The notes under the pieces were generated by a model. It ran no database searches, was not told where the DNA came from, and worked only from the letters and a program-made list of their open reading frames with translations. DNA of 52,087 bases from Escherichia virus TH21, in the sequence record MT446395.1; one strand, written 5' to 3'. The position numbers and the translations under genes were made by a program. Numbering within the stretch: the first letter of the stretch is position 1; each line of letters begins with the position of its first letter. Of the stretch, positions 1-9,147 are shown one piece after another.

Positions 1-1317
1 TATGCGGGTAATTATCACGTACGCGTAAGGAGCATATCAAGCGGTGGAAACACGTCTCCATGGTCTGATGTTGTCAGCGTTGGGTTGACTGGTAAGATTG
101 GGAAGCCAGATAAACCAACAGTAATAACCGCATCTAACGACCAGGTATTTGGGATACGGGTTAAATGGGGATTCCCTGAAGGTTCTGGCGACACTGCCTA
201 CACTGAGTTGCAGCAGATACCAGATAATGGCGCGGGAGGTCACACAGGAGAGGAGAACGCAAGCCTGTTAACAATGATCCCATACCCTCAGTACGAGTAC
301 TGGCACTCGACACTACCGGCAGGATATGTGAACTGGTACAGGGCAAGATTGGTAGACAGGATTGGTAACGCCTCTGACTGGTCTGACATTGTTCGCGGAA
401 TGGCAAGCGATGACGTTGAGTCAATAATTGGAGAAATAAAGGTTGATATCGAGAATTCCGAGGGGTTTAAGTACCTACAGCAGAACGCCATTGAGTCAAA
501 CGGAGCTATTCAGGCGCAGGCGGAATCAATTCTTGAAAACGCACTTGCAAACGACACGGACGTGCGACGAATGACCAAGGAAAACGGCAAGCGTAAGGCT
601 GAATACGTTCAGGCGGTGAATCTTATTGCTGATGAAACTCAGGCGCGCGTAGAGGCTCTCACTCAGCTTAAAGCGCAGATTGATGATGATGTCGTAGCCT
701 CCATAACTGAAGTTCAGACGGCACTAGCCACCGAAACGGAAGCAAGGACCACGGCGGATACAGCTCTGAGTTCTCAGCTTGGAGATACTCAGGCAGCGCT
801 GAATGAAAAACTTGATTCCTGGGTGGATGCAGAATCAGCTGGCGCCCAGTACGGCGTTAAGTTAGGTCTAAAATATAATGGGGTTGAATATAGCGCAGGG
901 ATGAGCATGGAACTTGTTGGCAGCGGTGCTGGTGTTAAGAGTCAGTTCATATTTGACGCTAACAGATTCGCGATCAGTAATGGGGTTGGTTCTGGTTCCG
1001 GCCAATGGTCTCTGCCTTTCGTTGTCGAGAATAGCCAAGTATTCATCCAAAGCGCGGTGATTAAGGACGGTTCAATCACTAACGCCAAGATTGGTGATGC
1101 TATACAATCCAACAACTACGTTTTCAATCAGAATGGATGGAGGATAGCGAAGGATGGTGGTGCCAACTTCAACAACGTTATAGTAAGGGGTGAGTTATAT
1201 GCTGCAGAGGGGAAATTCGCATTTAACGGAAATAATAACACGGTAGTTATTAACGGAAACGGAATTACCGTTAACTTACCTGGCGGAGGAAGGGTTGTAG
1301 TTGGAGTTTGGAGTTAA
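1..1317 (+). CDS. tail tip / host-specificity protein (lambda J-like), 3' part; same gene as 49149..52087 across the wrap-around
   Basis: ORF 85..1317 is in frame with the open frame starting at 49149 (1..872 identical to 51216..52087); beta-rich C-terminal region. Confidence 0.7.
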   Translation, partial: YAGNYHVRVRSISSGGNTSPWSDVVSVGLTGKIGKPDKPTVITASNDQVFGIRVKWGFPEGSGDTAYTELQQIPDNGAGGHTGEENASLLTMIPYPQYEYWHSTLPAGYVNWYRARLVDRIGNASDWSDIVRGMASDDVESIIGEIKVDIENSEGFKYLQQNAIESNGAIQAQAESILENALANDTDVRRMTKENGKRKAEYVQAVNLIADETQARVEALTQLKAQIDDDVVASITEVQTALATETEARTTADTALSSQLGDTQAALNEKLDSWVDAESAGAQYGVKLGLKYNGVEYSAGMSMELVGSGAGVKSQFIFDANRFAISNGVGSGSGQWSLPFVVENSQVFIQSAVIKDGSITNAKIGDAIQSNNYVFNQNGWRIAKDGGANFNNVIVRGELYAAEGKFAFNGNNNTVVINGNGITVNLPGGGRVVVGVWS

Positions 1318-1323
1318 AAATAT

Positions 1324-1346
1324 AGGCCCCTTACGGGGCCTTTTTT
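1324..1346. terminator. bidirectional intrinsic terminator between J (+) and the minus-strand gene ending at 1345
   Basis: hairpin aggcccc-ttac-ggggcct followed by T-run; A-run on other side. Confidence 0.65.
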
Positions 1347-2307
1347 AGTACATATTTGGTATATAAGGTAGCTGCATTGAGATGTTGGTGTTGAATGGGA
1401 ACTGCGCGCCAGACTGCGTTGAGTAGTTACCATAAACACTTCCTTTATGCGCCCTAACCTGACCATTTGACATTGCAACGCCCTTGTATCTAAGATTGTT
1501 GTATCCACCAGTAACCTCAACCATCGCGCCGCACCTTAGTATTGGGAAAAACCCATTACCTATTGATTGGTATGAGTTGGAAAGCTGGAGGAATCCACTT
1601 AGTACAAAAGGTCGCTTGACGCTGGAAAACACTATCTGGCCAGAGGCGTTTGACATTGTTAAACCAGGCCCTGCGGTTGGTGCTGTATTGTTGAATATAA
1701 CAAGATCGATAGTTACTGATGCTGAGACATTATCAATTCCTGTGTAGGTATTGTTTCTACATAGTATTCTTGCCCCGTCAAACTCAAGGGTGACATTTGG
1801 GTTATTCCACCTTCCAAACGGTATTCCAGTCACCGGGAGTGTATAGCTTCCATTCACAGTCACAGTTCCGACATACTGAGCAGTCAGGAGTCTACTGTTT
1901 GATGTTATTGCAGTGAAGTTAGTCGAATCACTGACAAATATCCCCTCACTGCCTAGTGATGCACCAAGAACCTCAAAACCTTGCGCACCAAATCCAATCA
2001 AATGTCCTGATGAGCCGTTAAAGTTACCTATACTTATCCTTCCAGTTGAGTTATTGACCCTGGAAAATCCATTCATGAAATAAACCTCAGGTATGAAGTC
2101 GAAGTCATAAACGTCAATAGCCTTTGTCGGCAATATGAAGGCCTCAGATCCTTGAGTCATTGTTAGTCCGAAGTCTCTAGTGCCATTGGCGGAATCAAAC
2201 GTGGAGTTACTGCTAAGGATTCCTGTTACTGCGGGCGCTCTTAAACCTGCAGTTATCTCCATTCTCGGTCTTCCGTCATTCAAGTCTATCAAGATACCCT
2301 GAGGCAT
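1345..2307 (-). CDS. hypothetical Asn/Ser/Thr/Gly-rich protein, possible receptor-binding / tail-fibre accessory protein
   Basis: ORF track 1345..2316 (GTG); ATG at 2307 has AAGGAG 9 nt upstream; TAATG overlap with upstream lipoprotein gene. Confidence 0.5.
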   Translation of the reverse strand: MPQGILIDLNDGRPRMEITAGLRAPAVTGILSSNSTFDSANGTRDFGLTMTQGSEAFILPTKAIDVYDFDFIPEVYFMNGFSRVNNSTGRISIGNFNGSSGHLIGFGAQGFEVLGASLGSEGIFVSDSTNFTAITSNSRLLTAQYVGTVTVNGSYTLPVTGIPFGRWNNPNVTLEFDGARILCRNNTYTGIDNVSASVTIDLVIFNNTAPTAGPGLTMSNASGQIVFSSVKRPFVLSGFLQLSNSYQSIGNGFFPILRCGAMVEVTGGYNNLRYKGVAMSNGQVRAHKGSVYGNYSTQSGAQFPFNTNISMQLPYIPNMY

Positions 2308-2537
2308 TATTTCCACTCCTTGGTGCCATGATCTTTAACTGATCCAGAGAAGTTTTTGATACCATCCCAGCGGATATCTGTTTCACCTGAAGCTACAACT
2401 ACACCTCCTTTCCATTTAGCAACACATGATCCGTTAACTTCAGTCGCGCACCAACCGTCAGGTCGTGGTCCGGAAGAACAACCTACAGTCATGATTACTG
2501 CTGCCGCGATTATTGCTGATTTGATGAAGTTAGTCAT
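2307..2537 (-). CDS. cor: small outer-membrane lipoprotein, Cor-like superinfection-exclusion candidate
   Basis: 76 aa; N-terminal signal peptide with lipobox (TVGC); sits beside tail genes on opposite strand as in T1/phi80-type phages. Confidence 0.5.
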   Translation of the reverse strand: MTNFIKSAIIAAAVIMTVGCSSGPRPDGWCATEVNGSCVAKWKGGVVVASGETDIRWDGIKNFSGSVKDHGTKEWK

Positions 2538-2604
2538 TTTGTATTCCTTAGTGAGTGTGTTTCGTTTCGATGGAGTAACTATAGCAAAGGATGATTACGG
2601 AGTC

Positions 2605-2621
2605 TTTAGCAAATCGTGCCA
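2605..2621 (-). promoter_or_regulatory. palindromic operator-like element (variant TGGCAC-N3-TTGCTAAA) of the repeated cassette, upstream of cor
   Basis: plus strand tttagcaaatcgtgcca; followed on minus strand by TATAGT and leader ATCGAAACGAAAC then AAGGAA-ATG. Confidence 0.5.
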
Positions 2622-2995
2622 TTTGATATACATGTAACCGATGTAACTCGGTGTATACAATCTCGTCCGCGGAAAATGATATACGCGCAGTTACGCCTAG
2701 TTACGCGATAGTTACATTAAAATATCTATATATATCAACCTTCTACTATAATTATTATTATTATATATATTACTGTGTATATCGTGTAACTACTTCTATA
2801 GAGTGTTCCGCTTATAAATTTCTAATATGGTTATTTATACAGTATCTAATCACGCATACACTAATGCACCCTCCGCGAAAAATGATATACACGATATACA
2901 CGCTGTTTACATCAAGCTATGGCTGGGCCGGATAGCCATTTTATGTAACTAATGCCATTACATACACGCTATTACAAATATCTACATGTAACTAC

Positions 2996-3023
2996 TTGAC
3001 TGACGCAACCAAGCGCGTATAGT
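2996..3023 (+). promoter_or_regulatory. sigma70-type promoter (TTGACT-N16-TATAGT) for the recombination operon
   Basis: hexamers read directly at 2996..3001 and 3018..3023; ATG at 3057. Confidence 0.55.
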
Positions 3024-3056
3024 TACCCACATCAACAACGAACGAGGATTAAAGAG

Positions 3057-4097
3057 ATGACCAAGCCAATGTTTCAATACTTCACGTCAGAAGAAATGAG
3101 CAACGACTTTTACCACAGCAAAGATGAGTGGACCGCCGAGTATGTATCAGGCTCATCACTCAGCAAGATCCACAGTACTTGCCCTGCGGCGTGGAAGTTT
3201 GAAATGAACTCGACGACTAAGGCGCTGGTCTTCGGTACGCAGTCGCATACCAATTTCGAGAGTAAGGCTCTTTTTGAACGTCAATATCGCCGCGCACCGA
3301 AAGAAAGCGAGATTGAAAACGTAATCACTAGCCAGGCGACATTGGCAACGAAATTAAAATCATTTGGCCTGACTGGTACAAGCGGCAAGCAATATCCAGA
3401 GCTAATCAAAATGATGGTTGATTGTGGAGAAGATCTCAACGTCATGTGGCTGATTAATATGATCGCACAGTGTCAGGCGTGGGCCGATGGTGTGGAACTG
3501 GTTAAAGCGGAAGACTACGACGCTTGCGTAAGTATGCGACAGGTTCTTGAAATGATTCCTGAACATAATGCTTGCATGAACAGCGAAACGGCATTCCGTG
3601 AGTATTCTTTGTTCGGCGTAATTTGTGGCGTTAAAGTTAAGGTGCGACTTGACCATGTTGATATTGTTAAAGATCCAGAAGCTATCCGACGCATGGGTTA
3701 CGATCCTGAGATTCACCCTGAAATTGTCGTCATCACTGATTACAAAACGACAATGAGCGCCAACCCGACCGAGTTCCCTCGCCTGGCGTTCAACCTTGGC
3801 TATTACCTCAAGATGGCATTGCAGCGTGACCTGTTCGTTAAGTGCTTTGAAGAAACGCGACCTGTGGTTGTGCGATTGCTGGCCCAGGAGAAGAAGGAGC
3901 CTTACTTGCCTATGGCGTACCGGATGAGTAGCGATCAGCTTAAGATTGGTCGAGCGCAGTACATGAGCGTGATTCACACCTTCTCAATGTGCGAAGCCAA
4001 TGACGTATGGCCTTCATACAATAATGGCGAGCCGGAAGTAGAACTGGATACGCCTGATTGGGTAATGAAACAGTTCAATCATATCCTAGAAGCATAG
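3057..4097 (+). CDS. recombination exonuclease, PD-(D/E)xK-type
   Basis: 346 aa; D...(I)TDYK nuclease-like motif; first gene of exo-annealase-SSB triad. Confidence 0.55.
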   Translation: MTKPMFQYFTSEEMSNDFYHSKDEWTAEYVSGSSLSKIHSTCPAAWKFEMNSTTKALVFGTQSHTNFESKALFERQYRRAPKESEIENVITSQATLATKLKSFGLTGTSGKQYPELIKMMVDCGEDLNVMWLINMIAQCQAWADGVELVKAEDYDACVSMRQVLEMIPEHNACMNSETAFREYSLFGVICGVKVKVRLDHVDIVKDPEAIRRMGYDPEIHPEIVVITDYKTTMSANPTEFPRLAFNLGYYLKMALQRDLFVKCFEETRPVVVRLLAQEKKEPYLPMAYRMSSDQLKIGRAQYMSVIHTFSMCEANDVWPSYNNGEPEVELDTPDWVMKQFNHILEA

Positions 4098-4111
4098 CAC
4101 TTTTTGCTAAA
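4095..4111 (+). promoter_or_regulatory. cassette palindrome TAGCAC-TTT-TTGCTAAA overlapping the exonuclease stop codon
   Basis: TAG stop is the first 3 nt; TATAAT in hairpin ggtgat..atcacc at 4131..4136; leader ATCAAACGAAG. Confidence 0.5.
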
Positions 4112-4173
4112 CACGAACGCGGTGATTTGCTATAATCACCGTAAATCAAACGAAGTAAACAAAGGTATATATA

Positions 4174-4830
4174 ATGCGTACATCAGAGAAGTTTTCGAAT
4201 GTTTCAGCCGCTCTAATTGCAGCTAAAAAGCAGTTTGCTATCGCAAAAAAATCAGGCTTTAACACTCACCTGAAAAACCATTACTCAAACCTGACGGACG
4301 TTCTGGAGGCCGTTGAACCAGCGCTAAAAGAGCATGACCTTATGGTTATCCAGTCAAACCTGGACACGTCAACCGAAAAGGTAATGCACATTGAGACGCT
4401 CATCCTTCACAGTTCTGGCGAGTGGCTTGCGTTCCAGTACAATATGCCGATCGAGAAGATTAGCGCCCAGGCTTACGGCTCAACAACCTCATACGGTCGC
4501 CGTTACGCATTGTGCGCAGCGCTTGGAATCACTCAGAGCGATGACGACGCTGAAATCGCGAAGCGCACGGCAGCGGACTACAAAAAACTGATCACCAACT
4601 GTGAAAAACTGGAAGACCTCCAGGTGATCTATAAGAGCGCGAAAGGTTCGCTTGGCGCGGCGGAATGGAAGATTGCAGAAGACCACTTGCAGAAGCGCAA
4701 GGCTGAACTGAGTATCGGTAACGCTCGCGGTTTCCAGCCAGCGAAAAAGGCAGATACTCAAAAGGTTGAAGACAAGGTTGCAAACGCACATTCTGAACCT
4801 GTACAATCTGAATCCATCGAACAATTCTAA
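4174..4830 (+). CDS. single-strand annealing protein, Erf-like
   Basis: 218 aa; N-terminal AAKKQF...HLKNHYSNLTDVLEAV and GRRYAL motif pattern typical of Erf-family proteins. Confidence 0.55.
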   Translation: MRTSEKFSNVSAALIAAKKQFAIAKKSGFNTHLKNHYSNLTDVLEAVEPALKEHDLMVIQSNLDTSTEKVMHIETLILHSSGEWLAFQYNMPIEKISAQAYGSTTSYGRRYALCAALGITQSDDDAEIAKRTAADYKKLITNCEKLEDLQVIYKSAKGSLGAAEWKIAEDHLQKRKAELSIGNARGFQPAKKADTQKVEDKVANAHSEPVQSESIEQF

Positions 4831-4870
4831 TCAACGGGGCTTCTGCCCCAACAAAAAAAAGGAAAACACA

Positions 4871-5314
4871 ATGCCACACGTAATCACTGGTCAGATCCGT
4901 AAATCACCATTCACTAAAGAAGGAAGCAACAACAACGGACGTTGGAAAATGTACGCCGTCGAACTTTCTGAGCGCATGAAGATTCGAAATCAGAATGGCG
5001 AGGATGAGACGGTTTATAGCAACTACCGCGCTACATTCTTCGCAAAAGAAAACGTTATGCAGTGGTATGATGAAGCGTTCCAGGAGGGCAAGGTTGTTTC
5101 AATTTCTGCCGATAACCTTCATCTATCGTCTCGACAGGGTAATGATGGCACTGTTTACGTCACCGCTGAAATGATCCGTCCTCAGTTACAATTCAGCCAG
5201 CGCGATCCAGCACAACAGCATGGTCAAGGTCAGCATCAACAACAGAAACAACAACCGCAGCAACCGCAGCAACCGCAGCAGCAAAGCCAATTCGACGACG
5301 ATATTCCTTTTTGA
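4871..5314 (+). CDS. ssb: single-stranded DNA-binding protein
   Basis: 147 aa from ATG 4871 (ORF track 4766 is an upstream extension); Q/P-rich linker and C-terminal DDDIPF tip. Confidence 0.8.
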   Translation: MPHVITGQIRKSPFTKEGSNNNGRWKMYAVELSERMKIRNQNGEDETVYSNYRATFFAKENVMQWYDEAFQEGKVVSISADNLHLSSRQGNDGTVYVTAEMIRPQLQFSQRDPAQQHGQGQHQQQKQQPQQPQQPQQQSQFDDDIPF

Positions 5315-5324
5315 TAAAAGATAA

Positions 5325-5346
5325 AGCCCCTTTCGGGGCTTTTTTA
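5325..5346. terminator. bidirectional intrinsic terminator (SSB operon / tail-fibre gene)
   Basis: hairpin agcccc-tttc-ggggct with T-run on both strands. Confidence 0.7.
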
Positions 5347-8058
5347 TTGAATCCTACCACCACTATCACCAATCACACCAGTAAATCCAAGCAATGGCGA
5401 CGATAATCCTATTGGTGTTTGACCATTATCAAATGTGCATCCAATCATACTATCCATTATCGTTACGTTTGGTGATACCCCAGTATCCACAAAGCGACAA
5501 CCATTCCACGAAGCCCTTGGCAGGTTGCTAACTGAGCTTGATGCTGAGTTTGGAAGGGGGTAAACCCTTGTTCCGTTGAAGTTAATCCAGCAATTTTCGT
5601 TTCTACCTCCACTCGAATCCCCTAATCCAAGAAGTGTTCCACCATTAACCTCTATTGTGCAAGGTATAGATGCCCTTGCTGCGATTCCAGTGACGTTATC
5701 AAGCTTAAACCTTGGAACTACGCTTGATGAAGGGAAGGCCGCAACCTCAGTTTGAGTGTAAAGCAAATCAAAAGTTAAAGTACCTTCCCCTCCGCTCATT
5801 ATCGCCCTACCTGGTGTAAAGCCGCTGTTTATGTTTGAGATGGAGACCTCGCAGTTAAAGCCCCTGTTCTTGTTCGCTGAAGCAACTAGAGATGTGCTGT
5901 ATGATAGGTTTGTCATAACAACTGGCTCAACTTTGTTATAGCTTGTAGCATGACTAAAATTCAAGTTATCTACATTTACAACTGATGCTGGCATCGTTGA
6001 TGGGGCAACCCATAGCTTTCTGTAGTTTAACCCAGCAAGTGAGATCCAGGATTTCCTTTGTGCCGGATTGTGCAAGTGCAAAGTAACATCTCGAATAGTA
6101 ACGCTATTTGCCCATGGAACAGCAGACGTATACCCAAAGTCTGCATAGCTCTGGTCTAAAGAGCTTCCTTTAGGTATTCCAGAGTTAAAGCTAACAACAC
6201 TAATCACTGCTGGCAAAGCCTCTGTAGCGAGAGAGAATATGTTGTTTGTTGCAAGTTCAATATGTATATTGCTAACAAAAATAACTCCATCAAAGTAGTT
6301 TCCGTAATCGCCTCTGAAGTAAATAACGGAAAGCATATATATCAATGGGTTGGTTCTATCATACTGATAAAAGTCAGATAGGTAAGGTATAATCCTTGAG
6401 CAGTTAGTTACAGAGAGCCTTCCGCCACCAGTGCCCATAGTTACTCCAAATTCACTTAAAATGCAATTATCTATAGATATGTTGTATCCGTGATAGTGAA
6501 CGTCAACCCTGTTTAAAGTTGAGTTTGTAACATTTAAACCCTGTATTACATTAAATGAAATAGAACCCCACCCTTGAACGGAGTTGATGCAATCAAACTT
6601 AACATCACAGTTACCCCTACCTGAGAATACATATGTGCCATTAATAGTCTCCTGTGAGCTATTCGCCTCGGCAAAAATTCTATTGAAGTAAACCTGACTA
6701 ACGCATAAATCAAGGTAATAAACCTGCCTGATGTTAGCTAACCTTTGGTTTTGAAAATCCCTTAATGTGTGATCATTAAATACAACCTGTGACCTTGAGC
6801 ACTTGAATACAACCCCAGTAACAAACCTAGATGTGTCTATAGTTGCGTTACTTACATTTAAAATGAATGACTCGTCATCTCTTACCCTGGTACTGACATA
6901 ATTGTCATTGTTGAATGAGTGCTCAAGTGGGTATCTAAGTTCACCAAACTTCTCAATCCTGTTTATGCTTGTTTTATATTCAGTGCCTGAAGGAACTCCA
7001 CCTGAAGAACCAAGACTTGATCTGTAGCAAAAGTATTGAGATGATCCAACGGTAACTGTTTTTCTTGATAGAGATGAAAGTGAATCTATATATGTAGTCC
7101 CCTTCGTGTAATTAGCCTTATTTATCATGTTAGTAACATCAACAAGTGGATTTCCAGTGATGTTAAATGTAGGTGTGGTTAAGTATCCAGGTTCAGCGGT
7201 TGATACAGGTTTTATTACACATCCATTAAAATCAACAGATGTCTTAACCTCTATGTTTGCGTCAGCTAGCAACTGGACTTCACTAACGTTGTATAAAACA
7301 GATAGCTTGTTATCATTAGCGAATGAGTGTAAAGATCTTACCTTTTCAGTCTCATCGCCGCTACCTGTAATTCCAAAGTGTGATGAAGGAACACGCCCAT
7401 TGTTAATGTAGTTCTCAACCTCTGAAACAACACCAAGATTTTTCCTTGCTAAATCTTTATCTTGCAAGTCAGAGAAATTAAGGTCTTTACGCAGAAGATT
7501 TGATGAATCAAGTGACGCTGCGTAATCTGCTGCTTCCTGTGCTGAAGCCGCTGCTGCGTTTTTGTCTGATGATGCACTGGCTGCGCTTGCCGCTGCCGCA
7601 TTCTTATCAGCAGTTACCTGGGCTGAATCCGCTGACACTTGAGCCCCAATGGTGATAATTTCTCCATGCTGCGTGTTAATTTGGTTAACGTCATTTGAGA
7701 ATTTATCCTGATCAAAATCTTTAAAAATATCAACAGCTGTTGCAACTTCTGTTTCACGCGACTGATAGTAACGCAGAGTTTCGGCAACATCCTGAGCTAA
7801 ACCCTGAACGGTAATCCCATCGTGAGCAAGAATCGCGTAACCAGTTCCGGAAGGAACAGTTTCAGAATTAGGGTTGTAAACATTAATCTGAGTGTCGCTT
7901 ATGATTTCAGAGATGGTGTAAATCTGCACTGGCTCAGTTTTAAATACAATGGTTGCACCTACGCGAATCAGTGTAAGCGGTGCCTTCCACGTTGTCCCTA
8001 CACCAGTAACCTCGCCATTTGCGGCTAGCGACGCCGTTCCTAAGTCATAAATTGCCAT
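5344..8058 (-). CDS. tail fibre / tailspike-like protein with beta-helix-like body
   Basis: 904 aa from ATG 8058 (AGGAG 9 nt upstream); Asn/Ser/Thr/Val-rich repeats; internal DKNAAAASA duplication. Confidence 0.65.
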   Translation of the reverse strand: MAIYDLGTASLAANGEVTGVGTTWKAPLTLIRVGATIVFKTEPVQIYTISEIISDTQINVYNPNSETVPSGTGYAILAHDGITVQGLAQDVAETLRYYQSRETEVATAVDIFKDFDQDKFSNDVNQINTQHGEIITIGAQVSADSAQVTADKNAAAASAASASSDKNAAAASAQEAADYAASLDSSNLLRKDLNFSDLQDKDLARKNLGVVSEVENYINNGRVPSSHFGITGSGDETEKVRSLHSFANDNKLSVLYNVSEVQLLADANIEVKTSVDFNGCVIKPVSTAEPGYLTTPTFNITGNPLVDVTNMINKANYTKGTTYIDSLSSLSRKTVTVGSSQYFCYRSSLGSSGGVPSGTEYKTSINRIEKFGELRYPLEHSFNNDNYVSTRVRDDESFILNVSNATIDTSRFVTGVVFKCSRSQVVFNDHTLRDFQNQRLANIRQVYYLDLCVSQVYFNRIFAEANSSQETINGTYVFSGRGNCDVKFDCINSVQGWGSISFNVIQGLNVTNSTLNRVDVHYHGYNISIDNCILSEFGVTMGTGGGRLSVTNCSRIIPYLSDFYQYDRTNPLIYMLSVIYFRGDYGNYFDGVIFVSNIHIELATNNIFSLATEALPAVISVVSFNSGIPKGSSLDQSYADFGYTSAVPWANSVTIRDVTLHLHNPAQRKSWISLAGLNYRKLWVAPSTMPASVVNVDNLNFSHATSYNKVEPVVMTNLSYSTSLVASANKNRGFNCEVSISNINSGFTPGRAIMSGGEGTLTFDLLYTQTEVAAFPSSSVVPRFKLDNVTGIAARASIPCTIEVNGGTLLGLGDSSGGRNENCWINFNGTRVYPLPNSASSSVSNLPRASWNGCRFVDTGVSPNVTIMDSMIGCTFDNGQTPIGLSSPLLGFTGVIGDSGGRIQ

Positions 8059-8081
8059 AATAATCAACTCCTATATTTTTG

Positions 8082-8100
8082 TTTAGCACGAATTGCTAAA
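8082..8100 (-). promoter_or_regulatory. perfect 19-bp palindrome TTTAGCA-CGAAT-TGCTAAA between a TATAAT box and the tail-fibre RBS
   Basis: on minus strand: TATAAT (8110..8105), palindrome, AGGAG (8072..8068), ATG 8058. Confidence 0.5.
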
Positions 8101-8125
8101 GTGCATTATAGCATTACGTCAGGCA

Positions 8126-8148
8126 TAAAAAAACCCGCCGTAGCGGGT
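8126..8148 (-). terminator. intrinsic terminator after primase gene
   Basis: minus-strand hairpin acccgc-tacg-gcgggt followed by T7. Confidence 0.6.
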
Positions 8149-8153
8149 AATTG

Positions 8154-9095
8154 TTATGAATACTTATCTATCAGATCCTGCGGCGTATATAACTTTCGCT
8201 CAAGGCCCATTTTGAAGTTTCCGCCGTTCGGCACTACAACTTTTAAATCACGTTCATCTGCCATGTAAAGCGTTCGCAAATCATCAGCTGGACACGCTAC
8301 GCGCAATTCACGATCGCCACGATACCGATAAGCAACAATCTCAAGATTCTCAGGGGAGAAAGTCACCCACACTTCCTGACTGGTCGCCATCTTCACACGA
8401 TAACCATCAATCAGATCGCTTGTCATATATATAGCTGCATCATCCTCGCCACTCCCCAGCTTAACCACTGAGCCGCGAGAATAATCACGCGCAAGGAAAG
8501 TGTATTCGCCATTATCATAAGCAAACATGACGTTGCACATATCCTCATCAATTCCGTCAGGGTGGACCATGTAGCACGGAAGTGCGTGTATTAGCTCCTC
8601 AGTGCCATTCTGGCGCATTTTTACGCCAACGTCATATGAATCTTCGGTTAAGCACTCATACACGCTTAAATCGGTGTTCTCGCGCTTTTCTGTGCGCTCC
8701 ATTACCGCTACGCACGACTCATGATCCGCCATCTTGCCAAGTCCTTTTTCCGGTACGCGCGACGCCCTGCGGTAAGCTTTAGCTTTGTAATCCTGAGGAA
8801 CTTTGCCAAGGAATCGACCAAGGATGTTAATCACTTCACTGTAAGGCTCACCAGTCAGCTTCATCATCCAGCCAACGCCCTTGTCGTTACCACAGCCGTT
8901 ACAGATTGCGCCGCCGTCACCAGGGGAATCCAATTCATCAGTCCACCGGAATCGGTCCTTGCCGCCACAGTAAGGGCAAGGCTGGTGCTTCTTATTGAAC
9001 ACGCCGGGCTGCAATCCACAAATGGATTGTAACGCCTCACGCCATAATCCTTTCATATATGGCAGGACTTCTTCTTTCTGGAACATCTCGTTCAC
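8154..9095 (-). CDS. DNA primase (zinc-ribbon type)
   Basis: 313 aa; CPYCGG...CNGCG zinc-binding motif; GTG start with GGAG 8 nt upstream. Confidence 0.6.
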   Translation of the reverse strand: MNEMFQKEEVLPYMKGLWREALQSICGLQPGVFNKKHQPCPYCGGKDRFRWTDELDSPGDGGAICNGCGNDKGVGWMMKLTGEPYSEVINILGRFLGKVPQDYKAKAYRRASRVPEKGLGKMADHESCVAVMERTEKRENTDLSVYECLTEDSYDVGVKMRQNGTEELIHALPCYMVHPDGIDEDMCNVMFAYDNGEYTFLARDYSRGSVVKLGSGEDDAAIYMTSDLIDGYRVKMATSQEVWVTFSPENLEIVAYRYRGDRELRVACPADDLRTLYMADERDLKVVVPNGGNFKMGLERKLYTPQDLIDKYS

Positions 9096-9105
9096 TGTGT
9101 TTACT

Positions 9106-9140
9106 CCAATAAAAAAGGTTGCACCAATTATGGCACAACC
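9106..9140 (-). terminator. possible terminator after HTH gene
   Basis: imperfect hairpin ggttg..caacc then T-run on minus strand. Confidence 0.35.
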
Positions 9141-9147
9141 TTGATTG

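Noticed and set aside
2727-2764. Short tandem repeats (AT)n and (TTA)n, also at 23773..23815, considered as a CRISPR-like array
   Set aside because: Microsatellites only; no 25 to 40-bp direct repeats separated by unique spacers anywhere in the window.
2651-2935. 94-aa plus-strand ORF rich in Tyr/Ile
   Set aside because: Low-complexity translation of the AT-rich (AT)n/(TTA)n control region; no RBS; the region is better explained as regulatory DNA.
3402-3977. Antisense ORFs inside long genes (for example 3402..3977, 33358..33801, 39673..40155, 44733..45041)
   Set aside because: Fully embedded opposite confidently called genes, with no RBS and no operon context; typical spurious reading frames.
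4101-4136. Reading the TTGCTA half of the palindrome as the -35 element of a standard sigma70 promoter
   Set aside because: The spacing to the TATAAT-like box is 19 to 23 bp in every copy, outside the 16 to 18-bp sigma70 window; the palindrome is more likely a factor-binding site.
4766-4870. Upstream extension of the SSB ORF from the ORF-track start at 4766
   Set aside because: Runs through the intergenic region; the ATG at 4871 has a proper RBS and gives a standard SSB N-terminus.
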